64,000 nt of DNA from Podarcis gaigeae. Taxonomy: Eukaryota. Both the position numbers and the translations under genes were made by a program. The stretch lies in assembly GCA_964106915.2 (NCBI GenBank), contig OZ066930.1, one strand, 5' to 3'. Positions 46,841 to 58,716 of the stretch are shown here, one piece after another; position 1 is the first letter of the stretch; the number at the start of each line of letters is the position of its first letter. The notes under the pieces were generated by a model, which saw only the letters and a program-made list of their open reading frames with translations, did no database searches and was not told the DNA's origin.

Positions 46841-47881
46841 TGACTCCTGAACAGGGACACTCTACACTGCAGCATTTTGTTGCAGGTCTCATCCACCAAG
46901 GCCAGGGCTACAGTCTGAAAGCACACAAAGCAATGAACATGCTAAAACTAAGTAGTTCTTAGTCTATAGTAACTGCCTGAATGGAAGACCTCTTGTGAAT
47001 CTTCTATATGCCGCCTTGAATTCCACGATGGAAGTATGGTGGGATACGAAATTTAAAATAAAAAAATAACTTCTAGTTTTTGTTTTTCTTTTAAATCTAA
47101 TTGCCGTTTAAATTTGGTTCATATTTATACCTTGTCTCATACAAAAACCCAGAACATTTTTTCAAGGCAGCCTATAACTACAGAATGAAAATAAGAACAC
47201 AAAACCAGAACTAATGTAAAGCAAAAAGCAGCACAGCAGCGAATAAAAACAGATTCTATGGTTTTAATTTCACTTGCATTGGAAACCTGCAATGTGCAGA
47301 ATCCACACAACCCCTGCCTACACTTTAATGTATTTTTAATCTTTTGTTGGAAGCCTCCTAGAGTGGCTGGGGAAACCTAGCCAGACGAGGTATAAATAAA
47401 TAAATGATGGTGATGATGAGGTTAATAACTCTGGATTTTGCCATCCTCAGTTTGCCTTGAAAATATTATTTCTTGAAACCCTACAGTGAAACTATGACAG
47501 ACTGTCTGATCCTCAAGCATTGTAGAACATACTTCAGCATGTAACATTTCCACAGGCAAATAGTATGGTTTGGATAGGCCTGAATAAGCCCATCAGTAAT
47601 AACAACAAAGTGATCCCCAACCACATGCACACACAAAGCCTAGCCATGGAAGTCTATAAAGCACAATTCAATATTAATTTGTTTTCTTCTTCTAATTGTA
47701 CAATTAAGTTGGAAAATGAAATTTTATAACACGTGTGCACTTTTTGGATCCAAAACAATGGAATTTGGAAGCTTGGCAGCATAGCTGGGGGAAGTGGGGG
47801 GAGGAGGAGCTGCACAATTGCAGGGATGGGGACATACAAAAGAGCACATGCCTATTAACAGAAATAAAGGAAGCGCCAGAG

Positions 47882-48018
47882 CAGGGTTGGGGGAACCTGT
47901 GGCCTGCTAGGTTTGTTGGACTACAACTCCCATCATTCCTAACAATTCTCCATGCTGGCTGGGGCTGATGGAATTTGCAGTCGAACGATACTTGGTGGGC
48001 CTTGGCTGCCCAACTTTG
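47882..48018. mobile_element. hAT-type palindromic MITE (ACTACAACTCCC family)
   Basis: CAGGGTTGGG...CCCAACTTTG termini; decayed 8-bp TSD cgccagag/cactagag. Confidence 0.75.
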
Positions 48019-48087
48019 CACTAGAGAAAGAAAACGAAAGACAAAAGCAGAAGAAGAGACTGCAACTCAGTTCAGGCATCCCAAAGC

Positions 48088-48090
<3 letters not shown>

Positions 48091-48137
<47 letters not shown>
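48091..48137. repeat. (CA)n microsatellite
   Basis: Read directly. Others at 30220-30249, 55778-55817 and 61102-61134. Confidence 0.95.
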
Positions 48138-48138
<1 letters not shown>

Positions 48139-50394
48139 CCCCAGATGCCCATTTGGAGAGACTTGATCTCATACCTTGCTTGCTACCAAACCACTCCTGA
48201 TACGAGGCAGCTCCAGGTCCGCTGAGTTCTACAGACAAAACAAAAAGTTCTGTTCACAATCAAACACTTTTAACAGAAATCTCTTTTTCACCTTGGCAAA
48301 AGGGGGTCATTTCATGGATCTGAGTCCGCCTCTGCCCCTTCATTTCTTGAAAGAGGTAGGGGTTTAACTAATAAAATGGGAAGCAAATTTGGCTAGCGAG
48401 TGGTCCCTATCATTAACATTTATTACATTTCTATCCTGCCTTTCTTCCACAGAGGTCAAATAAGTATACACAGGATTTCCAGGCGTTCTCTTATTTAAGC
48501 ACTGACCAGACATACATCAGCTGGATTCAGCATAGTTGCTGTGCCTTCAATACTACAAAAGGTCAAACACAGGGTTTGAAAAGGCTTCCAAGATGTATTA
48601 AGTCAGTGCAATGACTTCTGTGAAGATACCACAAAGGAAGTCAACTGGACTAACCAATGGTCTGTGGATTCTCTTGAGTAGGAAAAGGGCTGGCCAGTGT
48701 GGTGCCCCCAGCTGTTGTTGGACTCTGACACCCATCAGCCCCAGCCAGCACAGCCAATGATCATGGACATGGGAATTGTAGTCCAACAGCATCTGGAGGG
48801 CACCACCATGGCTACAACTTGAGTTGGTGGTAGGGCCCTGGTCCCATTTGCTGGCACAGTGAGGTTTCCTTTAGGAACACAGATCATTGGTTCATCTAGC
48901 TCTGTACTGTCCAAACATAATGATAGTTGACTTTTTGCGCAGAGAAGTGGCTTTTGGCAATCCCTGCATGAGGCTGTTCTCCACTGCTCATTGTATAGTA
49001 GCTAGAATGGGGGTGGGGGGACTTTGAGAGGCTCCACAACTGCAACAGCAATATCTATACCTACAGCAATGTTCTTCAATCTTGGGCCCCCAGATATTGT
49101 TGAACTACAACTCCCACCATCCCCAGCCAACTTAGCCAATGGTCAGGGATGATGAACACTGGCCTAGAGAGTGGACATTTTCTATTGCCCCCTGCTCAGG
49201 CCTTCAGCAGTCATCCCGGTCACCAGGAAGAACCAAGAGGCGTGGTTTGTCTAGTTGCCTTTCCATTCATTTTAATATTTCATTTTAATATTAATTAAAG
49301 CAAGGGAAAGAGTTTGTTGTTGTTTTTAAAAAAGGGGGGCATGTTGCAATCTGCCAAAGAAATTTGCTGTTGTAAGTTTATGTTGTAGTTTATCTGGGCT
49401 GAATTAACTTCTGTTGACATTATCTTCCTACTGCTAAAATGTGTTTCGTGATGGTCTGACAACTAGATAAAAACAAATGAATCGGCTCTGCTTAAACGGC
49501 CTTAAAAGAGTCACTGTTTCAAGGTGAATCTGCAAGTATTTGCTTTAAAAGTACAGGCATGGAGAGAAGTGCCTCTTTATGCATAAAGACTTTTAATGAA
49601 AAGTTTGACAGCTTTGCCTTAACTTGACTCTGCTCTAACACAGGGCATATTAGAAGCCAATGCCAGTGATAAAAGTGGCCCAACACAATATTCAGTACAC
49701 CAGTTAAGTAAAATAGGAATCACAGATGACAAAGAAAGAAATTACAATGCAACTCAATGGATGTGAATATTTTTCCATTATCTCAGCGCACTCTGAATGA
49801 ATCCCAAGAAACTGTCAGGTTGATAAGTCAATATTACAATGGCTTTAGAAAGGGTAAAGGGTTGAAAAGAGGTGCTATTGGGTGATGCAGAGTCAGATCA
49901 AAGAAGATGAGGGATGAGAAAAACCCAAAAAATGGTGTGTTTAAGTGAAATGAGCTGTCTAAGCATATATTTCCCTATTGCAGAAGCAGGTACATTGTAC
50001 CTTAGAGGGTGCAAAAATGATTATTTAGCTAGTGATAAAAGATAGTGAGATAAGGTTAGCACATTTGAAGATGCCTTATACAGAGTCCATTTAGCTCAGT
50101 ATTATTATATGAACTGCTTTCCACAAATTCAAACCAGTGTATTTCCCAGTCCTACCTAAAACGGCTGGGGATTGTACCTGTGGCTTTTAACAAGCAAAGC
50201 ATATTATTATTAGGTTTGTTACCCGCCCTTCCATGGGGAGGTTACAATAATATAAAATACTGCATTAAAAACAGTTTAAGGCAAATTAAAGCCACTGCCA
50301 TAGCCGGCCCACTTGATTGAATAATACAGTAGCCACATATCTGTGATTAGATAAATATTGCTGAAGCCCCAGCTGGTCTATTCTTTTTAAATTA

Positions 50395-50884
50395 CCGTTT
50401 TTCGCTCTATAGGACGCACCCGACCTTAGGACGCACCTTGTTTTAGAGGGGGAGAACAAAAAAAAAAAATCTCCCCCTCTCTGGTCAGCGCCCCTTCAGC
50501 GAAGTGGCAGGAGAAACGGAGCCCCTTCTATTTCTCCTCCCGCTTTGCTGAAGGGGCGCTGTGCAGCTCTCCCTCTCTGCTGAAGCCAGGAGAGTCTTGC
50601 TCTCCTGGCTTCAGCAAAAGGAACCCGAAGCCTCCGGAGCGCAGCGAGAACTCACGCTGCGCTCCGAAGGCTTCAGGCGGCTATCCCTGAAACCTTGCTC
50701 TCCAGGCTTCAGCGAAAGCAACGCGAGGCCTCCGGAGCGCGAGGGAGCGCTCCCTCTGCACTTCGGAGGCTTCGCATTGCTATCGCTGAAGCCAAGGAGC
50801 CTGCATTCGCTCCACAGGACGCACACACATTTACCCTTAATTTTTGGAGGGGGAAAAGTGCGTGCTATAGAGCGAAAAATACGG
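50395..50884. mobile_element. Tc1/mariner-superfamily MITE (CCGT termini) with four internal hairpins
   Basis: TIR CCGTTTTTCGCTCTATAGGACGCAC / GTGCGTGCTATAGAGCGAAAAATACGG with TA TSD. Confidence 0.9.
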
Positions 50885-50935
50885 TATACTTTAAAAATAT
50901 TTTTTAAATTGGTGTTTTTTATTTTTCACTTATTT

Positions 50936-50937
<2 letters not shown>

Positions 50938-50989
<52 letters not shown>
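50938..50989. repeat. (AAT)n microsatellite
   Basis: Read directly from the sequence. Confidence 0.95.
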
Positions 50990-50990
<1 letters not shown>

Positions 50991-52705
50991 TTCTATCCTT
51001 ACAAGTGGTGCTTTGGTTTTGATTTGCTTATATAAAATTATGATTTTGCAGATTCAATTTTGTTTTTATGCTGAACAGTGGTTATGAACATAGGACAGAG
51101 ATCACCAAGGAAGAAGACTAAGGGCAAAAGGCATCTGGGTTCTCTCGATATGTCCTGAGTTATAATTGTCTATACTGCTGACATTTCGTCAGCATACACT
51201 GCTGTTGCTCTGAAACAAACTACTCCACATTGTTTCGCTTTAAATTTTCATTTGAGCCTATGTAATGTTCATTTATGTATGAAGCTGTTTATGTCAGCTT
51301 GTAAGAGTTAACTTTGGGGTCCTCCTTTTCGTCACACATCCCCTAAGCCTCTCCTTGCAAATGCCTTCCTAGGTTCTTCCTCTGCCTTCGCCCAGCAAAC
51401 AGCTGCCAATGGCTCCTGGCAGGAAGCAAGCCCAATTGAATTTTAAAAGATTTTCCATTCTACTGCACTATTTAGCGAGCACAGAAAGGAGGTTGGGGTG
51501 GGGGATGGAACTCTGTGTTGCTTCACCATTTATGTTGTGTAAATCTGAGATAACAGATCTTCTGCCTAATCCTAATGAGGCCTCCCCATTAAAATCTTTA
51601 TTAGCTTCCAGCACAGTGGATTGCCAAAAAGCTTGTCAGTCCCGTCCCGTCCCCTCCCCCCCATCCCACTATCTCTCTGTACCAAGATCTGCTTTAACTT
51701 TTACAAATAGCTCTAAGATATTTCCCCTGCTTATCAGCATTGCCAAGCAGCTTGCCTTATCACTGCTATTGCAGATAAAATAAATGAGCTACGAATGATA
51801 TGAATAATGGCATTTTCTGTAGGCTGGTTTCCCATTACATTCTCAACAGATTGTAGATTTAAACTTCAGCACAAAAGAGGCAAGGAGGAGAAAGAGAAGG
51901 CCCCCCCCCCATCGCCAAATTACCTTCCTTTTGCTCAACAGCCTCAGATTCCTGGATGTATTTTAAGCCTACCTGAACTGAGGAGGCAATTAATTTTGAA
52001 AGGGACAAGAAGAAAGACAAGGTTCGGCTTCTCAGAAAATCCCCAGGACTAGCTGTTCTGTGACTTTTAGAGGGTTGCTGCATTCGGCGGTGGGGGGGGG
52101 GGGGCTTTAAGGCTACACAGGGCCTAATAAAGCTGTCTTCATTAGACATCCTCCCCCCCCCAACCCCCTAGCTGTGTACAAGCCTGGAATCAGAAGAGGA
52201 CAATGGACTCATGGAAAAGGAAGCAAAGACTGGATGCAGAATAATACATCTCTTTCTACCAATGCACACCTGATCAGATTTTGCCAGATGTGGTACATTA
52301 GCAGTGTAGGGAGGGCCACAGAAAAAGGGTGATAACAGTAAGGAAGGGATGGGTAACCTGTTTCATGCCAGCGGTGGGTCGGACCAAAAGTCAGTGGGGT
52401 AATTAGTGGAAATTTTACCTTTGCAAAGAAGTAGGCTAGTTTCTAATCTGGTCAGAGTTCAAGGACACACTCCTGCCAGGCAAAAACTGTGGAGGTTTGT
52501 GCAAAGCAGGGCCAGTGAGGTGTGTGGCCGGGGGAAAGAGGGTGTGGCCTGGCGAGTTTTTCCAGCGCCAGAGGTCTGGAATGGTCTGAGGTTCCCCACG
52601 TCTGCAGTGAGAGATCAGAAAGTCCTACTGGTACAACAGGTAAATGGATGGACTTGGATGAGGAAGCCAGAGCTGGCAAACTTTGCCCTGCAATATACAA
52701 CTAAG

Positions 52706-52888
52706 GGGAAGGCCTTTAACTCAGTGACAGAGTGTCTGCTTTGCAAAGCAGAAAGTCCTAGGTTCAATACCTGGCATGCTGGAAGTGTGCCCTGCCTGAA
52801 ACCCTAGAGAGCTGCTGCCAGTCAGTGTAGACAATATTAAACTAGATGGATCAGTGGTTTGACTGAGTGTAAGGCATCTTCCTATATT
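52706..52888 (+). mobile_element. tRNA(Ala)-like SINE
   Basis: TAACTCAGTGA A box, CTTTGCAA anticodon-loop remnant, GGTTCAATACC B box and shared body. Confidence 0.8.
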
Positions 52889-53519
52889 CAACTTGGGCAT
52901 GTCCTGCATAACTACTTTTGTACTGAGACCAAATGAAGTCCATGAGGGAAACTGCTACAGAAATGATAAAATATCTTCTACAGGGGAAGATGATTCTTTG
53001 CCGCAGTAGAGATGATATCCTCAGGGCTATGATGTAAATAAGTGGTGGTGGTGGTGGGGTTGTCAGCATGCTCTGGCTTACAACAGTGGTTTCTAACAGC
53101 AGTTGCCATATTCATTTTCCGCTGTCATAATACTATTATTTTAAATTGCTAATGCACCACTCCCATGATGGAACTCAAAGCAGTGTACATGAAGGTTCCC
53201 TGGTAGTGTCCTACTCAAGCATTGGCCAGGTTCAGACCTGCTTAGCTTCAGTTTGCTGCATCATATATCTTCAGGCTATACCCTGGGATGACTCACACTT
53301 ATCCCTCTCTGCTTGTGGATTATATTAAGATGCTTCTGTACACTGGAGTGTATGAAAAGCTCTGCAGTGTGATGATAACACGCACACATAATCCAGGAGC
53401 TGAGAAGCAATGCCTATTATCATGGAGGTTTAGACAGCGGAAGGTGGTCGGTTAGGACACATGCAGCACTGCCCCACCAATCTCAACCTGTCCCCACCGG
53501 CCTGCTTTCCTACTTACAA

Positions 53520-54430
53520 TTTTATTTATTGCATTTATATCCCACCTTTTCTCCAAAGAGCTCAAAGTGGCACACATGCTTCCTCATTTAGGTCACCCAG
53601 CAAGCTTCATGGGTGAGCAGGAATTCATAGAATCATAGAGTTGGAAGAGACCACAAGGGCCATCGAGTCCAACCCCCTGCCAACAGGAAACACCATCAGA
53701 GCACTCCTGACATATGGTTGTCAAGCCTCTGCTTAAAGACCTCCAAAGAAGGAGACTCCACCACACTCCTTGGCAGCAAATTCCACTGTCGAACAGCTCT
53801 TACTGTCAGGAAGTTCTTCCTAATGTTTAGGTGGAATTTTCTTTCTTGTAGTTTGGATCCATTGCTCCGTGTCCGCTTCTCTGGAGCAGCAGAAAACAAC
53901 CTTTCTCCCTCCTCTATGTGACATCCTTTTATATATTTAAACATGGCTATCATATCACCCCTTAACCTCCTCTTCTCCAGGCTAAACATGCCCAGCTCCC
54001 TTAGCCGTTCCTCATAAGGCATCGTTTTCAGGCCTTTGACCATTTTGGTTGCCCTCCTCTGGACACGTTCCAGTTTGTCAGTGTCCTTCTTGAACTGTGG
54101 TGCCCAGAACTGGACACAGTACTCCAGGTGAGGTCTGACCAGAGCAGAATACAGTGGCACTATTACTTTCCCTTGATCTAGATGCTATACTCCTATTGAT
54201 GCAGCCCAGAATTGCATTGGCTTTTTTAGCTGCTGCGTCACACTGTTGGCTCATGTCAAGTTTGTGGGCAACCAAGACTCCTAGATCCTTTTCACATGTA
54301 CTGCTCTCAAGCCAGGTGTCACCCATCTTGTATTTGTGCCTCTCATTTTTTTTGCCCACGTGCAAAGTTCAAACCCTTGTCTCCCAGACCATAGTCCAAT
54401 ACTCTAGCCATTACACTACCACTGGCTCTC
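53520..54430 (-). mobile_element. Squam3-like SINE split by the CR1 insertion (parts 53520-53625 and 54368-54430)
   Basis: ggtcacccagcaagcttcatgggtgagcaggaattc|aaacccttgtctcc...cactaccactggctctc is contiguous SINE sequence once the CR1 is removed. Confidence 0.75.
53626..54367 (-). mobile_element. Relatively young 5'-truncated CR1 LINE
   Basis: EKDLGVLV...KKANAILGCINR and [20 protein letters not shown]...RLRGDMI...WNLLP; one frameshift near 54165; (ATTCTATG) tail. Confidence 0.95.
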
Positions 54431-54973
54431 AAAACGAACTCAACTTACAGCCAACCCTATCAGCTCCTTCATCTTTAGCTCCTCTTTGCTCAACAAGGAA
54501 GGAGACAAAATTGGAACTAGTTGGCTCTGTCTATCATTCATGGTCTGTGGTTGTGCTTATCATTGTCTCTGGCTCCAGCTACTGTTGACCTCCCTGCCTT
54601 CCACTCTAAAAGACCCAATGGTCACCAGCCACCACTGGATTTAGATTTTGAGTCATATCAACCATCACTATTTCCATGCTGATCCTGCTAATATCAGTAC
54701 ACAAGACAGCTGGGTGTTCAGCTGCGCCAATAGCTGCCAACCACAAAAGCACCACAGTCACTATCCAGAAACATCCTTAAACTCTTCCACTGAACTGAAC
54801 AGACCCAGGGAGATGACAGCAACTGATTAAAATTTAATAGTAATTTAATTCACTGACAGAGAGCAAAGTGTGTAAAGAGAAATACTCAGACACGGTAAGA
54901 AAGGGTGCAGAAGGTAATCAATATCCAAGTCTTCCCCACCAACAGCCTTCTCCATCTCCCATCTCTGTCTTAG

Positions 54974-55221
54974 GGGCTGGATCCAACATTCTGTGGTGCT
55001 AGAAGGCAGGTGAGTTTTAATGATGTGCAGCAGAGGAATCCAATAGAACAGCTGTGCTAGGTGAAACTTGTTGTGCAACTGATTGCACAACCTATTGTGC
55101 AACAAAGCTCCAGAAACCTGCTTATGCATTCCCCAGTGCAACCATGTTCTGTTGGTGCAAAATATTTCACCAGTAGAACAGATAAAGTTACTCTTACTTT
55201 GCACTATATTGGATACAACCC
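54974..55221. mobile_element. PIF/Harbinger-like MITE
   Basis: TIR GGGCTGGATCCAA / TTGGATACAACCC; 3-bp direct repeat TAG; homologous degenerate copy at about 26175-26395. Confidence 0.65.
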
Positions 55222-55777
55222 TAGAGTTTGGGGCATGAACCCCACTGAAACCAACAGGACTTGTTTTGGTTGGATGGACCAAAAAAACCCTGGCCAGACA
55301 GGGGGATGGAAATGTAAAACTCAGCAACACCTGTCTTGTATTTTCTGGACACTCAAATCTACCGGATACATGTAGGGATGAGTAACACACCATTTGCTGA
55401 CTGCCATACTATGAACTCCTTGGTTCCATCATGTTACAAAAGTGTATCTACAACATTTGACAGAGTCAAGCGAAAATGGTCTTCTCTCACTAACCTTTTT
55501 TTTTTTTTTGGCCTTCTGCTACCAGCACAGCAGGGTTAAATGATTTTCCATTCCCCCACAATCCTAGCCCTGTCACTGTATCAAGGTTATCTATTATTGG
55601 CAGTGACAGGTGAAAATTAATCTCCTAATTATTTCTTGCTGCGTAATCTCCACTGAAGAAGTAACATAAAAGGATTACAGTGCAGCCTTCGTGCAAGGCT
55701 TTTCGGGAGCCAATCATACGGTTCTAAGGGAGGCATGTGTTGGAGAGGTATTTATGGAGGATTTCTAATCATCTGAA

Positions 55778-55818
<41 letters not shown>

Positions 55819-56873
55819 CTGCTTTAGGACCAACACACTCTGGACTAAGGAGCCACTTGGAGGTCTCTTAGTGGCACAAAAGAAACAATCTTTCACTCTC
55901 TTGCCAACAACTCAAGGGAGAATAGCAGGTTAAACACACAACATGTTTCCGCTTTCGCTTGCCGTTTGTTTTGTCAAGTGTTCAAAACATGCCTCCAACA
56001 GCACCAGAAGGAAATTAATTTTTCCCTGCAGACAGATTTTTTTTAAAAAAACACACATGCACACACACACAACAATGTTAGACTGGCATTCTGTTATTTA
56101 TTGCTTAGCCCAGCCTTCCAGCTGAGTGCAATTCAAAGAAACAAATCAGACTGGCAAAAAGATGTCCCAGCATGGAATGTTCCCGTTCAGGATTCCAGCC
56201 AGCCACTTTCTTTTCCTGGGATATTCCATTCCGTCTTCTGATCACAATGAGCCTGCTCAATCCTCACTGGACTACTTTGGGTTCTCAACACCAGCCCAAA
56301 GAATTTTTCAAAGTATTTTTTCTACTTCTGCAAACCTTTGGGCTTCCCTGCGAGGCCGATACCACCTACTTGTGCATGGATGTTGCCATTTTGGATACAT
56401 AAGGAGCCTCACCTGGGTCACATCCACACTATATATGTGAAGTACTCTTAAAGCAATTTAACGGTGACAGCTCCCCCACCCAAGAAAGAATCCGGAGAAC
56501 TGTAGGGTGCTGGGAATTAGGGATTCTTTGTGGGGAAACCAGAACTGTTAAAGTGTTAAAAATATGCTTTAAATGTATGGTGTGTATGTGAGAATGGAAA
56601 ATGAGTTTGCTATTAGTATACAGAAGGTTGTGGAAGGAGAACAAGCTCCACTCTCTGTTATGCACACAGGACCTATTCCTGTATTGCGTTTCCTGTGAGG
56701 ACACCAGACTGTTTCCTCTTAATGGAAACTACAAAGAAGAAGACCTCCCCCCAACAACACTCAGAATGAAGACAAGTTTTTAAGCTGAGGCTGGATGCCG
56801 TAGCAGACATCTTGCATTGGAAGGGGGTTGGACCAAATGATATTTTGGGTCCTTTCCAATGGCAAAGTTCCCA

Positions 56874-56911
56874 TATCTGAAGAAGTGTGCATGCACACGA
56901 AAGCTCATACC
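56874..56911 (+). ncRNA. Predicted minimal type I hammerhead ribozyme motif (Penelope-type)
   Basis: CUGAAGA-A, stem II GUGUGC-AU-GCACAC, GAAA, palindromic AGCU stem III, UC cleavage site; stem I has only 3 bp in this copy. Confidence 0.65.
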
Positions 56912-57001
56912 AAGAACTGACTTAGTTGGTCTTTAAGGTGCTACTGGAAGGAATTTTTTTTGTTTTGACTATGACAGACCAACACGGCTACCTATCTGTA
57001 A
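56876..57001 (+). mobile_element. Short Penelope-like element
   Basis: Matches the right arm at 7649-8155; flanked by the 12-bp direct repeat aaagttcccata (56864-56875 and 57002-57013). Confidence 0.82.
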
Positions 57002-58643
57002 AAAGTTCCCATAGTTTGGTCACTCAGCCTAACCCCTGTAACTGGCACTGGTTCTCCAAGGTCTCAGATCAAGGGAGGTCCTTCTCAGACCCTCAACCTA
57101 AGATGAGACCAGGGATTGAACCCAGGAACTTTTGTATGAAAAGCTTAAGGTTATAACTGAGCTGTGGTCCCTGAACTACAATACATTGTATCAAATGTTA
57201 GTCCTGCTCAGAGTGGACCCAATGGAATTAATGGACCCAAGTCAGTTATGTCTGTTAATTTCAATAGTTCTACTCTGAGTAGGGCAAGCACTGGCTACAG
57301 TTCTAACAGCCATAGGTTTGCGGTCCCTTTTCTAGATGACCAACCCTGTTAAACCACAAAACCTGGATTTAAACCAGCTGGATCCTCTCAGTTCAGCATC
57401 TTAAGTGCAAGTAAATTGAATTAAATGAGTTTACAGCAGGCTGCAGGAGAATATCCATTTCTATAGAAATACTGTTTTGCTGTTTTAAGGCAGAAAGCAA
57501 AAGGAGTCCGGCTTAAATTCGAAGAAAAAAACTTACAGAATTTGAAGGGAAAATAATATAAAACTGCTTGAACAACACAATGTACACCACACAAAGAAAG
57601 ATCTGGGTAATGAAATAGTCCTACCACAGCTCCAATTACTCTGCCTACGAACAGATCTGTTTTTATCAGGTTCTTTCTGCTCTTCACTAAGGGTGAAGGC
57701 AGACAGACATTCTAAAGTGCTGTGGAAAGTGGTCTGAACATAAATGTTCTTGCCCTGAAAGCCAGTTTGCTTTTAAAATGTGCTGTCTGGAATTGTGCTG
57801 TATTGGTGAATATTGCATCATGATAGCCCCAGTAGCTGCAACGAGACTTCAAAATATGCAGGCAGCTGCGTGGATCCATTATCGCCACACAGATGCAGAG
57901 ATACATAGATCAAAGAGCAGCAGAACATATAATACCCAGGGACTGCAATCCTATCTATAGTATCCTGCAAGTAAGCTCCAACTTCTGACTATATAGGCTT
58001 AAGCTTGCAAAACAGCCTTAAGCTTTAAACAAAAGGTTCTTGGAAGCTGAACTGCAACCCTTAGCTTTTTAATTCAGAATGGAAACAATCTTCCACAGGT
58101 GTGTTGTCATTTAAACTGCTAGCCCAAAGAAGGAATCCTGCCAAAGAAAAGAAATATCCAACCTCCTCTTATTCTCATTCTCTGACCTCTATACTCACAA
58201 ACCTGAAAGTTTCATTATCACTTTATTCATTTGTCACAGCAAAGAAATTCCCACAATCACTTGGACCGTCTGGCAGATGATGTCATCACTCCTGCTCTGA
58301 AAAAAATGTCTTGGATCTGCACTCCTCTGTTCATTATGGCACCACTGCTCAGTCTTGGACTTGAAAAGTCTATGCCTTCGTGATTTCTCCGATACAAATA
58401 TGGCTTGAAGTTTTGGGTCTTCTATCACCGCTCCTATTTCTCATTTATTGAGCCTAACTAGGAGCACAGCATGGGTATTCAAAAGACGAGCTGGTAAAAC
58501 TGGGTCTCAAAGGCCATCAAATTAGACACCATAGGATTAATGTTTATAGTCTACAAAAACCTGTCTGCTGCTCTTAAACAGGAACTCTTTATGTCTGGCT
58601 GTTAATCAGAAACTTGGTGGTTTGAGCGGACGGATGTGGGAAG

Positions 58644-58716
58644 AATTCCTGCATTGCAGGGGGTTGGAATAGATGATCCTTGGGGTCCCTTCCACCTCTA
58701 CAATTCTACGATTCTG
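58644..58716 (+). mobile_element. CR1 extreme 3' end fragment
   Basis: ttcctgcattgcagggggttggaatagatgatccttggggtcccttccacctctacaattctacgattct; similar piece at 56810-56859. Confidence 0.75.

Noticed and set aside
57421-57687. Minus-strand ORF with a GTAAG donor-like site near 57536
   Set aside because: No recognisable domain or acceptor site; likely chance.
58357-58369. Third copy of the 13-mer ggacttgaaaagt (the mini-BovB TSD)
   Set aside because: The flanks are unrelated and no element is present; treated as a post-hoc coincidence.
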